A stretch of DNA of 64,000 bases from Daphnia carinata (taxonomy: Eukaryota). Below the pieces are notes generated by a model. It was not told the DNA's origin and made no database searches. It saw nothing but the letters and a program-made list of their open reading frames with translations. The stretch lies in contig NC_081333.1 of assembly GCF_022539665.2 (NCBI RefSeq), forward strand, positions 1,054,001 through 1,118,000, given 5' to 3'. The translations under genes were made by a program, and so were the position numbers. This document shows, piece after piece, positions 38,501 to 50,216 of the stretch. Numbering within the stretch: the first letter of the stretch is position 1; every line of letters starts with the position of its first letter.

Positions 38501-41500
38501 CGGCTTCGTTAAGTCGGTCGACTTCTCGGGCTCCACGATGTCCTAGCAGATTGGGAAACGAGGTGAAGTTGTAAGCCAAATGGCGACAAAAATTGAGTGA
38601 AATAGGCACGCAGCCCGAACGTTCTTGATGATCTTGCGGCTGAGAAAACTTGCTGATTGGGCCCGGTGATGTCACCGTTGGCCGAATCGTTGAGGATGTT
38701 AATAGCGGTCGTGACTGTTGTCCTTTTTTAATACCCGGACTTGCTGTTGAGTCGATGCCATGAGTTGGCGGTTGCGTTGGATAAGGTGGAATGAAATTTG
38801 TTAGATCACCCTCTTGTGGACGACTGCCTTCCGAAGCCGAGTCAATGTCCGTGCGTCTGTCCACCAAGTCGGAACTTTCATTGGGTGAGCTCGTAACCGC
38901 CCTAGCTGAGTATGCAATGAGTTTTTAATTAAAGTTTTTTTTTTTTTTTTTTTTTTACACAAGAGTTATCGTGTACAGCTATAGAAATCAAGAGAAGCAT
39001 GTAACTAATTTGTAAATTTTACCTTTAACTTCCACGCTTGATGGATCGATGTGAACGTTTACTGGGAATTTCCCAGCCAATTCTTCCCTCAAGAGGGACT
39101 CCATTTCGAAGGCATCGTTTGCAGTTTTCTTTGTGATGCAATACAAGTTGAAGAACACGGAAAGGTCGTAGTCTTCATTCCTGTTTGTCGGATTGTGAAT
39201 GTACCCATTCATTTTCAATTGTTTCAAAACATGTAATCAAAAGATTAGTTACCCCTGAAATGTGAGAATCTCTGAATGATGATAAATGTCTCTGACGCTG
39301 CTGTTCTTGAACAAATCGTCCAACTTTGCTTCAAAATCGCGAGCTTTTGCGCTAAAAGCAGCTCCCTTCACGTCAGCTAGATTGGGCTCGAACCAGTCAC
39401 CCTCCGCAATCCGGAAGCTTCCCCGGTAGACGAACTCAACGAGCTTCTCTTGTTTGTTGCTGATCACTATAGTGGAACGGATCGTTACATAAATCTGTCG
39501 CACGAGTATAAATACCGGGGAATGTCTATAGACTATAATAAAGAAATCCAGTTATTTACGTCCATAATAGATGCCGAAGGCGAGCCCCGTGCCTAATAAA
39601 AACAGGGTCCCCAGTAGACAGAAGCAGTGGTTACTCGGCCACCGCCTTCCATTTTTGCTGGCATCTCGTACTATATCGTCATACGAGCTCAAACTGTAAG
39701 AGCTTGTCGAAGGTGCCCGTTCGCCCTGTAAATACAAACAGTCGACCAAAACAAATAACATTGGCGGAATTCTCCTTTTCTTTTTTTCACAATACAAAGC
39801 GAACAAGTTTCCTCATTCGTAGCGAATAAATCACCCGCCTCCAAATTTTGCCACTATTGTCAATGTTGTCCTCCTTTATTGGTCTCTTCTTCAACTGGAA
39901 CTGTGCAACGAGAATGCGAAACGAACGGCTGGAATGAGGAATACAGTACAAGGAATTGTTCGCGTACCTCAAGTCTCACGGTATTATATGCCTAGACAAG
40001 GAACTCCAAGACGAAATTCTCACACATATTTCCTGCAGGGCTTTCCATACACGTTCCACTCAAACTGTGACAAAGTGATTGAGGCCTAACACCTTGTGAG
40101 TGTCGGTGGGGATCATGCACAACCTAAAACCGTTCGTTTTTCGCTCTGGTTTCTAAAAGTAATAGCACGAAACTTTTCTTTAAGCCGGCCTTGATAAGAA
40201 AAGTCCCCAAAACGGTGGAAAAAAAAAACAAAAAAAATTCGCTGTGGTTGAATTGGATATTTACACGGTACGTTCACCTTAGCGGGAACACTGAAGGCAA
40301 ACTAAAAATGGACAAACCCTCGTTTTTGATATGGCAAGTCAAGCATCGTGCCTATAACAGTTCAAAGCCTCTGCATTCGGGCTAATAAAAGTAAATGTTT
40401 TTCAAAAACAAGTCGACTCTGACGAAGTGACCAAAAACTTTCGAAATGACGACGGTCCTTTTTCTTTTTCGTCTTCGTGTCAAACGCCGCCGCTTCGCTG
40501 AACCGTTACATCCTGAGGGATAAGCGGCGATGTTGCGCGACGAAAGAAGATGGACGAAACTTTAAAGAGCTAATCCCATGTTAATATTGTTCTTTCTCCT
40601 TTTATAAGAGCGCATGCTGCGACATCTCTCATTGTTGTGTTTACTAGAAAAATGTTACATCTTCACCAGAAAAGGAAGTCTAAAGAACAAACGTACCGAA
40701 CGAATCCTCTGTGTTGTGTTGAAAGGTGAAATGGAGGCACCGCGGATGCTGGTCGTGCCATCGTCCATGGCCTGCAGCAACCCACTGGTCTGTTGTTGAA
40801 GACCTGATGATGACGAATGGACCAGAGGATTTCTCAGTTTAAAAGTCCGCTCTGGTCCGAGAACCACCATAGAGTCTTTGACAAAGTCCTTTTTAAAAGA
40901 AAAGTTGGTAGAACGGCTGGCTCCTATAGTCCCGTGTAACTGCGCTGAAGTCGTCTAAACAGGTCGAACGAACGAATGGATTAAATTTTTGTTATATAAA
41001 ATATTTTCATTACACGTTTTCACACACGAAATTAGACGCTAATAATAGAATTCCATTTAAGGGACGAATGTGGGTTTACGCGTTAAATGTTTTCGACGTG
41101 ACGACCGCGATCGTTCGGGACATACCCGATGGCTTTTTATTTTCTCTCGTCGACGTCATCGAAATAAAAATGTTGCAGAAAACAAAATAAACGTACGGTT
41201 ACTTCGGTTTTTTTTATTTCATTTTTTTTTGCTCGTGAATTCACGGGGGGAATACGGAAGTGTTTTGGTCCGAAAAGTAATAGTCGTAACAATCTTAACG
41301 GAATAGCCCGTCTTCAGGAAGGCTGCGCAGTTCACATGCGTTTTAGAAAGATCATATGGTCCAATCACAGAGAGCTGATAGTTAGCGCATTATCTTTTCG
41401 TCCAGAATTTTTTACCGCAGGATAAACCAACAGGAAACAAGCGTCGTGTTAAGACCGAAGGCGTGAAAATTGACGCGCGTAGCCAACGCGCTTCGCCACG

Positions 41501-42438
41501 TTTTACAAATGAGACAGCCCAACGTAAATTAGTGTGAACTGGCTGCAGCAAATTACAATGATTCTGCTGGATACGAATTACGTTGCTCGATTTTATGTCG
41601 CTACCTCTCGTGAATTGACCATTACGAAATTTCTCGTTGTGTCATTTGAATAAAACAGTTGCGAGCAGAGGCAGAATTACACAGTTTGACAGTGGCTAAC
41701 GGAAGTTACCGCCTTCCACCTGGCACAGGCCATTACATGGAAGCACGCTGCAAACTTACGGTTTTTTTTCTTAAGATTTTTTTTCTTTCCTGCATTCCAT
41801 TTACCTATAGGATGAGGTTTGTATTGAATTGTAGGAAATCGTCCGTGTTGAAAGTAAAATAGGATGAACAAAAAGCTTTGAGTTTTCGTGAGCAGTCAGA
41901 TAACAAGTAGAACAGTTGTAGGGAAAATCAGATTTGCTTTCCTTCGTTATTGACTTGTGTCAAGGCTGACAAGTTAAAGAGGCCGTGCATTAGCATAAAG
42001 TCGGTCATTTTCTGAGCTTGTGACGAAAGAAAGATTTTTGGAAACGCTCTCCACCCTAAATGCCTGCAATTAACTGCAAAAAATGGGCGTTTTTCGACTT
42101 AACGGCATGTTGTTCTTCTTTCGTGGAAAAAAAAAACCAACAAAATTACTTGAAAAGCCCCTGATTTATGAATTTACGAAATATAAAGGAACCGTTGGCG
42201 CTATGCTGGACCATCTGTTGTCCATTCGCAAGGTCTAGACGCGCCCTGCAAACCAGTTTCACGAGCAGCGAAACTCGCAGCGGACCGAGCACACACACAC
42301 ACACACACTCACACAAGCACCAAGATAAATTACGCGATGTGAGTTCGCTGTTTTGTGACCAACCTGAAACACTGCGTCATCTTCATGTGACGTCCGGCTG
42401 GAGAGCTTCTTCCTTGATGGCTTCTTTGGCGAAGACAT
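35502..42438 (-). CDS. Type II membrane serine-protease homolog: TM, SEA, Frizzled CRD, 2x LDLa, SRCR-like, catalytically dead trypsin domain (nudel/corin-like)
   Basis: TM CFCLLGTLFLLGTGLAFGIYYG; SEA FVYRGSFRI; CRD CVPISLNFCRHLAYNFTSFPNLLGH; LDLa CDGLMDCHDFSDE and CDGIPDCPNGSDE; HGDWPWLAAL...LLTASSCF...PWEQERRIIGMVKSPV...DFVRPVCL...NDEFAGSPLLC. Exons 42334-42438, 40697-40954, 39560-39725, 39253-39466, 39023-39180, 38497-38905, 37971-38159, 37737-37897, 37380-37619, 36717-37061, 36448-36628, 36297-36352, 35926-36120, 35752-35855, 35502-35684. The first two exons are less certain. Confidence 0.88.
42290..42313 (+). repeat. (AC)n microsatellite, imperfect
   Basis: acacacacacacacacactcacac read directly. 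Confidence 0.85.
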
Positions 42439-44687
42439 GACGATGATCTTTTGTTGGAACTTGAAAAACGAATTCGATCACTCTCACAGCATCTACACTA
42501 GTTTAATAACGAACAGTAATCCGTGCAGGTCAAAAGAAAAAAAGGAATTGAAAAACGATGGTTCGTCTAGAACGAGGCAGGGAGAGCGGTGAAAAAGATG
42601 GTCCGGTCTGGATCGAAGCAGCCGACAAACTGGCAACAGACGGCCGCTCAGCCAACGACCATATCCCGTTTATTCAGTCTACCAATACGGTCCACTAGCA
42701 GAGCCCCCAACTGCTTTCCCTTCGCCAATGGCTGACACCGTTATTTCCTGGAGTGCTCGAAAGCAAATTCACTGTTATACTACTCCCCATTTCAACGAGA
42801 TCAGTTTCTTCAAGGACCCTTTCCCACTTTTTTGTTATTTTTGTTTTGCCTTGTTTTTTTGTTTTTTTTACCGATAACCAAGGGAAAATGAAAGATATTT
42901 CCTACTTTGGACGAAAAGAATTGCTAAGGGTACGTCTCGCCCATTTGTTAGCTATTTTTCTAATGTGTTCTTTATATTAAACGAATGTTAATAAAAGACT
43001 TCCTCGTGAAGAATATAGTTTTGTTGTTCTCTTTGTAGGACGTTTCTTGTAGGCTAGTCTATCAACACTTTTTGAGATATTAAAAGAAAGGTAGTCCAAA
43101 TCCCGTGAAAGAGAAGAAATTGATGTCAAAAATAAAGAATGGCGAAAGCTCCGTAAGTATATAGAGAAGCTGTAATAAACAAAGAAAGCAAACTGACAGC
43201 CCGCAAGATTTTCAAACAATAATTTGAGTAGAGGAATCAGAAACAGATTGGCATGGATCATCTTAATTCTACCAATAGATTTCTAAATAATGATCGAAAG
43301 GAAAAGCTATCATGAATAGCACGTACGTGTAGTTCGTGAGATTTGCGCGTGTGAAAGTCGGGGTACTCAGCACTGGGAGAAATTCGATTCATTTCGTTTG
43401 GTTGATATATTAGTCTTAATTCTGCAACGATTCGGGACGAATAAGACGTCCTAGCCACGTGTGAATCGGACGAAACCAGCACCCTAGATATAGGAAGACA
43501 AGAAAAGCAGGCGTTTGCAACAGATGTCGTTGTTATATTTAAGGTTGCTTACCCAGTCTCTTCCGGCCCACATCATCTCCCAGCAGCTCCTGCAACCGCA
43601 GTAGATCATCACATCCATGTCGAGATTAGTATAGCCTATATAATCATTACACTGGCACATTAACAGAAAGTCTTTTTTGTTTTGTTTTTTTCTTTCTTCT
43701 CATTTTCCGTACCGGCATACAATCAACTGCGTGATCTACTTGCCCGGTTGTTCTTCTTCATTTTCACTGGCGAACGACCCGATTTTGAGAGAGGCTTGTT
43801 TTTATTATTCATCATTGCGTTGCTTGGGCGCGTACGCGTATGGTTGAATGCATTAGCTTTTTTTTTTGCCTTCACAGCGTTAGAGAGAGAGCGTACCCTT
43901 TTTTTGGTGCACCAACAATTACGTTACAAAAAACCTACCTGTTTGAGGTTGATTGAACGTTCAACCACTTGAACATCTGCTGATTGAGTAGGCTTCGTTA
44001 AGGATTCTGTGCATCGCCAATGAGCGGATAGTTTTCGCTGGTTGTACGGAAGTGTCTACGATTGGAATCCGTGCAGTGTAAAATGCGTTGACTGTTACGA
44101 AGGTGACGGTGAAAGCCACGACAACGGTAATTATGCGGCGGTTAACGAGCGTCAGCTTGTTTCGTGACGTGGCGTTCAGGCACGACGAAACGGCATGTAT
44201 AAATGCAGGTGATTCAGCTGAAAATTGCCGGTTTTCTTCAGTGAACTGGATAATGATTCTGTGTGAGGTATTCCATTGATTTTCAATGGGTCACCAGGCA
44301 AAGCCATCAGCTATAGAAATTGATGAGTTCGTGACACCATTTTCTAGTCACTTTTGTATTCACAAAAACGAAAAGAAATAATTACGTAGGCCGATCCAAC
44401 TTTATTTCTTTAGAAAGCTTTCGTGAAAATTATAATAAATACACGAAATTTGGTTTCTAGTGCAGTTAGATGTAGATCAACGAAAGGAGAGTGGACGCAG
44501 CTTTGAATAAACACAAAAATGTCAATTGTCACAATGCAATAGGAATGCATTCACGTTCTCCCAGAAATCGCAAAAAAACTCTGAGATATACAACTGAATA
44601 AAAAAACAAAAATGCGAACGGCTTTGACAAAATGTACAAGAAGGTGAATAGGCTTTTGTGTTAGTTCTCTTTTCGTCAGAACATTTT

Positions 44688-45736
44688 TCATGACTCATCA
44701 TTTAAATCGCAGAAGAGCAATGGCAATTGATCGACCTCGTTCTGCTCATCGACGGTAGCCGTTATTGTCGTGATGGTGACAACAGTTTCCAACTAGAACA
44801 TCATCAATTGAAATGAATAATTGAATGGACTTTAGCCTCGTTGGAAGAAAAAAAAACGACATTCGAACTTGGAATCTAGGTGATTACCTCAATTGTATCG
44901 CAGAAACTGAGATCCGTGATCGACTTAGTATCGGTAGAAGAGGAAGACTCCAACGTGACGGGACTCAATGGCGGCAGTGGTGCACGTCGTTTCTTCCTAT
45001 GCAATGTCGAGTCATTGGTGCGGCACTTGGACTCTATAAGAAACAATATCAATTTGAAAAAAAGGTGTTTTCATGTCTTGGAAAGTGCACAACTAGTGTA
45101 GGAAGATGGCAAAGTTTCGAATGCAAATATTCATGATTTTCCCTATTTATTTTTTTTTTGTAAGGAAAGAGCTTTCTTAAATACTCAGTTGAATGGCACG
45201 TCTTTGAAAAGCCACCGCAATAATTGATGCCGTGATCCACAACCCTATTCGTTTCTATTGTTACCCTATAATCAATAGTAGGTTAGTGGTGACAGATCAA
45301 CTGTAACATCCAGCTCTCTCTTTTGCTATTCATCAGTTTAGTTTGTTTAAAGTTTTATTCAAGTAAATCACGTTACTGCGTGGCGATTTTGTATTTACCG
45401 GTGGGTGTTGTGTCCCGAGACATCTTACGGTGAACGCCGTGACTTTGCGGAACTTGCTCATCGGTAGGCGGGATCAGCTCCCGCTCGACGTTCTCATCTG
45501 TGCTAATGGAACCAAATAAATTTTATTAGTTCAAAACCAAATGTTTTAAAACAAAAATTTTCAGAATGAGCATTATAATTAAATAGTTACGTTATTTGCG
45601 CAGTGGCGTATGACGATGTGCGTTTATGACGAGAGAGAAACATTTTACGAGGGTTCCAGCTCCTTCGATTGTCTTTTTTCGATGTTGCGTCCTCGACAAA
45701 AGGATTCAGCTGTGCTGGGTAGCTTTGACTGGACAT
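44688..45736 (-). CDS. Small 166-aa disordered protein with YPxxLNPF and KKRRAPLPP motifs (4 exons); function unknown
   Basis: Exons 45591-45736, 45399-45502, 44888-45033, 44688-44792 all GT-AG and phase-consistent (501 nt); aaaATG context; AATAAA (minus) at 44401-44406. Confidence 0.8.
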
Positions 45737-45800
45737 TTTAAACAACTTCAAGTATCTTTACCAGCTTCAAAATTTCGTGAATTTCGATGAGAACTCATCA

Positions 45801-45841
45801 ACTGAAACTGAAAACTGCGTAGAAGAGCATTGGTTATATAG
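45801..45841 (-). promoter_or_regulatory. TATA box plus Inr of the small NPF/KRAP gene
   Basis: Minus strand reads cTATATAAcc (~45834-45840) about 30 nt upstream of TTCAGT Inr-like motifs (45801-45812). Confidence 0.6.
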
Positions 45842-46262
45842 TGCCAAAGCTTCTGACGGATGGATTACCGCAGAGGAAGGATATTAATGGCTTGTTTTTT
45901 TTTTGCGCACCGCAATGACGCACTACCAAGGTTGAGTTTAACTAAAGTTCTGCATCAGGCGTCATTCTGGTGACAGGACATATCCGATTTGGTTATACAT
46001 AGACGGGAAATGACTAAACCTAAAGCTTAGTTTCTAATAATTATTCAAGGAATTTCCAAATTCCGCACATTTATCGCTACAAAGATGGCGTCTAAATGAT
46101 ATCGTTTTCCTCCTCGAATCAAATAAAAGCATACAAATGTCTAATAAAACTTGCGAGTCTGTCAAGGCAGCGTTTAAATAGTTCCTCCTAACATTAGATT
46201 AACGAGGTTTATTTAATAAACAATTGTACTAGAATTCCCGGAATATGGTCTCTTTCCGCAAA

Positions 46263-48957
46263 TTAATGAAGGCCAACAACGCAAAAACTCAACTTCGTTT
46301 TCAAAAAAGTAATCCTATCCGATTCTGTTAAGCTATTCCAACTTGCAAGATCGACATCTATCAGAAGATATCCCATTTTTTGTAGAGTTCGCAACTCCAT
46401 TTGATCGACAGCCCTCAATTTACTCTCGGCTGTGTATGCCTGCGGCCGGAAAATTTTCCATAAAATCCTGCAAACAACATTCTCAACTGGTAAACACGAA
46501 AATATTTAAAATAGCTTCCAATCAAACTTACATTTGACTTCCATCAGAAACTTCAATGTCTTCTACGAAACGCGTTTGATTGCGCGCGTCCCACACCTGG
46601 TTTATCGGAACAGGATTACCCTGCCGATCAAACATAGTAGCCAGATCTACAAGACAGACAAAAATGAATTGAAACAGGTCGATTGGACATTCATTTAAAG
46701 CTAAACAGCTTACCGATGTAGTGACCTTTCTTCGTGAACAAACAGCTTCGAACGTAAACAGGTCCGCCCAGTATAGCCTGTAGTGCCGATTCGATGGCTT
46801 GAATCGTTCCTTGATCAGCACCGGACTCGTCTGGAACATAAACTTCGTCACGGATTTCAATTTGCCGCGAATAAACCACTTTCCTTCTGGATTGATTGCT
46901 CGGAGATGGTCCAGAAATGATCCTTGTCTCTAAATATGGAAGGCTGTTGTTTTCATTTCTCGTAATGTCTTGAATCCATCGATCAGTTCCGTTTGACTGG
47001 AGCAGCGAGATGACTGACAGTGAATGCAATATTCCCCTAGTAAGAGAATCCGTCAAGACAGACCCCCCTGATTGCAAACTGTCCTTCAGTTTCTCGCAGA
47101 GTTTTCGGTCTGACAGACTGTCACAGTTTGCATCGTTGATACACACAAGGCTCCGTGGCAAGCACTCCGAATTAGGATGGCAATGGAAAAAATCACGCGG
47201 ACAACGGCTACTACACCGAAAGGGTGCAATGGATATTACACTTTCATCACCTGGACAGAAACAAGAGAATCTCGAAAAATTCTTCAATACACACAAGCCA
47301 TTGCCGCACGGAGACGATGCGCATGGATTCGGATATTCCGGTTCCAGTATGGAATGGGTAGTAAACAAGTGTTCCACAGCTTTAGTTTCCGGTAATTGAA
47401 GAGCCTTTTCCATCGGTTCACCTGCCACCTGTCGACTGTAGATGATGTCTTGATGCAACACGGTCCAAGATAGGCGATTCTCGAAGAATGTAACTGACAA
47501 AGGCTTGTCATTTGTACCGACATGCTTATATTGATCTTCTCCGTTGTACGTGCAGCTCAATATGGATTGTTGTCTGCTATCTGCCCAGTAGATGCGTGAT
47601 GTAATGGGATCCAATGCAAGAGCAACTGGGAAAATGATTTGGGTATCGCGCAGCTCGCGCGTCGATTTGCCATCAAGAGTTGAACGAATGATTCGGCCAG
47701 TAGATGATCCATATGTATCCGACCAAAACAAGATGCCACGAACGCTGTCGATGGCAAGATCCGTAATCTTCGTTAGCGTATTAACGATGTTGACATCCGA
47801 TTCCAGCGAATGAGACACGACTTTGATGATGGAACGTTCTTGCTGAGCCCCTCCATTTAGTTCTAAAGAAGCGCTAACGTAGAGGTTACCCGTAATGGAT
47901 TCTAAAGCTAAGCCAGTGGGTTCCATGCTGGTAAACTTATAGACGAGAGCTTGACCTAAACTGTTACTTCGTATGACACCTGCATTGGTGATCCAGTAGA
48001 GTGTGGACAACTTATCGTGAAATGCAACGCCTTTGACGGGGTCGTGCCACTCGAATTGGCGATAGCTGGAATTCATGTTGTCATTAATCAACATTGCGAT
48101 TTGATGCGCACTTGCTGCTATCATTAGTGGACGGCCGTTAATCGTTCTACAGGTGTGTTTGTCCTGATCCAGGAAGTATCCCGGTATGCATAGACAGTCA
48201 TAATCACCATCCGTGTTGTTGCAGAATTGTGAGCAAGAAAAATGAGTTTTGCATTCGTCAATGTCGATGCAATTTCGGCCATCGTTTAACGAGTCGTAGC
48301 CCGGCTCGCATTCACAAATGGGTTCGTTTGGTCCTGAAAGGCAAGTGTGCTGGCAAGGGCCATTATGCTCACATGAAGTTTCTACAAAGAAAGAGGAGAA
48401 AATCAAATATTTGCATATCAAACGAAAGAAATGTGCTTACCACAATTGCCTCCTTCATCCGTGCCATCTGCACAGTGAGGGGTACCGTCGCACACGCGAT
48501 GCAGCGAAATGCGGTCGCCATTGTCGCATTGAAACTCGTTTTGCTGATCAGTGATGATCAGCAGGGTAAATGCAGTTTCTAAAAATAAAGAAAAATTTAA
48601 CGGAAATTTTGTTATCATCCAAAGTGTAAATTTGAGGAAATGATCGGCATTCAAAATAATGATTAGAGTGGAGAGGTTTTTGTAACATGATTTTAAATGA
48701 ATTAAAAAAATTTGAAAACTTACCACAGTCTGATTCGTCAGATCCATCCTCGCAGTCCTTCACAGAATCACAACGCTGCTGAGATTCGATACATGCGTCA
48801 CTAGATTCGCAACGAAATTCACTTTCATAGCATCCTTCAAAACAAATTCTAAAATGTAAAATCATAAGAAAACAGCAACTTAAATAACAAACATACCTGT
48901 CGTCAGAAACTCTGACAACTGCACGAATAATACGAGCCACAAACAAATGAACTTCAT
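46263..48957 (-). CDS. Predicted secreted LDL-receptor-like protein (SP, 2 LDLa, 2 EGF, YWTD propeller, EGF, LDLa) fused to a C-terminal FASTK-type RAP domain; 765 aa
   Basis: SP MKFICLWLVLFVQLSEFLTTG; LDLa CDSVKDCEDGSDESDC; cbEGF DIDECKTHFSCSQFCNNTDGDYDC; YWTD-like LYWIT/LFWSD/IYWAD; C-terminus IESALQAILGG...GHYIDLATMFD...LRAVDQMELRTLQKMGYLLIDVDLASWNSLTESDRITFLKTKL. Exons 48897-48957, 48724-48834, 48441-48578, 46714-48381, 46532-46646, 46263-46467; AATAAA (minus) at 46208-46213. Confidence 0.85.
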
Positions 48958-50118
48958 TTCACAATCGCCTTCGGATTGGCATTAATAAAAACTCTAACGT
49001 AGCCAAACTCGTAGTATTTTATACTACGTTAAATGAAATAAGCAAATTTAAGAAATGTTTCCTTAAAAAAATAATAAGCTAGAACAGTGAAGCTTTAATC
49101 TCAACGACGTCGTATAGTCTATGACAAACAAAATTTTCGAAGCTCTTCTAACATGAAATTTACGTACAGATTGTCCGCCGACTCGTGCACAACTGATCTC
49201 GTTTTTTCGTTTGGTATTCCAACCTCACCTATTACCTTTTTCAAACCCGCCCTCTAATTGGCCAAAAGCAAGTTCGAACTTGCTTAGAGAAAAAAAAAGG
49301 TCAACGAACTTTTCTAAATCAAGATCTATTTTAATTTCCCTTCAGGCTTAACGAGTCCGTACATGCAAATGATGATTTTAGTTTTAACGAATTGCCTAAC
49401 GTTGAATCACAGCAAAATAAACACATTTTCAACTAGTACCGAAATCCGATTTTTGAAATTCAGAAAGTTAAATTCAAAGGAACAAATGTAAAACTGTGAA
49501 AATAAATTACGTCACGTAGAGGGACAATCAGGGTTTTTCTAACTTAAGTCAAATATCTGTGGGGGGAAAAAAGGGCATGAAAAAAGAAAAAAAGGAAGGG
49601 GTGTTTTCTATACCTGATACGTATTTTCTTACCTTTCCCTTTCCTCTGTTTCCAAATGCGTTCTGTAATGCCTTAGGTGGTTCGTTTTTGAGATATCGCT
49701 CTTTTTAAAGTTTAAAATCCTTTGACGTAAATTTCAACTTAATTTATTTAGACGTGCCAAACCTGAAAATGGCTGAGAATTCTATTTTGTAGCGTCACTC
49801 CGATCAACGAAACGATTAAAATATAAACCTCTGCGAATATCTTTTTCCTTCAAAAATATTAGTCTATCTATTCATCAAAGGCAGTAAAAATAAATGCTGT
49901 TACATTAACAAGTAAATTATTTGTTAACTTTTTCGAGTTAACGTTAACCCGAGCGAGTATACCGTTGGGTGTGAAACGATCTGTCAGGACGGAGCCTTAT
50001 GATCCAATATTCCGTGACAAAGAGACCACAGATCCTTTATAAAGATATCATGTGATCGTCAATCGAAGCCCTCCCCCTCCCTCCCCCCCCCCCCCACTTA
50101 TTGCACACATGCGTCCCA

Positions 50119-50216
50119 TATATAAACATATGAATGTTCATTCGGCTCCACTTTGTGTGTGCCCACCGCTTTCATCAGAACGCTTCCGAACATCATTCTC
50201 GATTAAGAGGGTAAGT
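50119..50216 (+). promoter_or_regulatory. TATA box and probable non-coding first exon of the nuclear receptor gene
   Basis: TATATAAA at 50119-50126, a short ATG-free stretch from ~50140, then a consensus G|GTAAGT donor at 50211; next acceptor cacag ends at 52425. Confidence 0.55.

Noticed and set aside
47000..47065. Possible TM helix (SVLTDSLTRGILHSLSVISLL) in the LDLR-RAP protein
   Set aside because: Contains D, R, H and many Ser and is too weakly hydrophobic by eye; DeepTMHMM should confirm.
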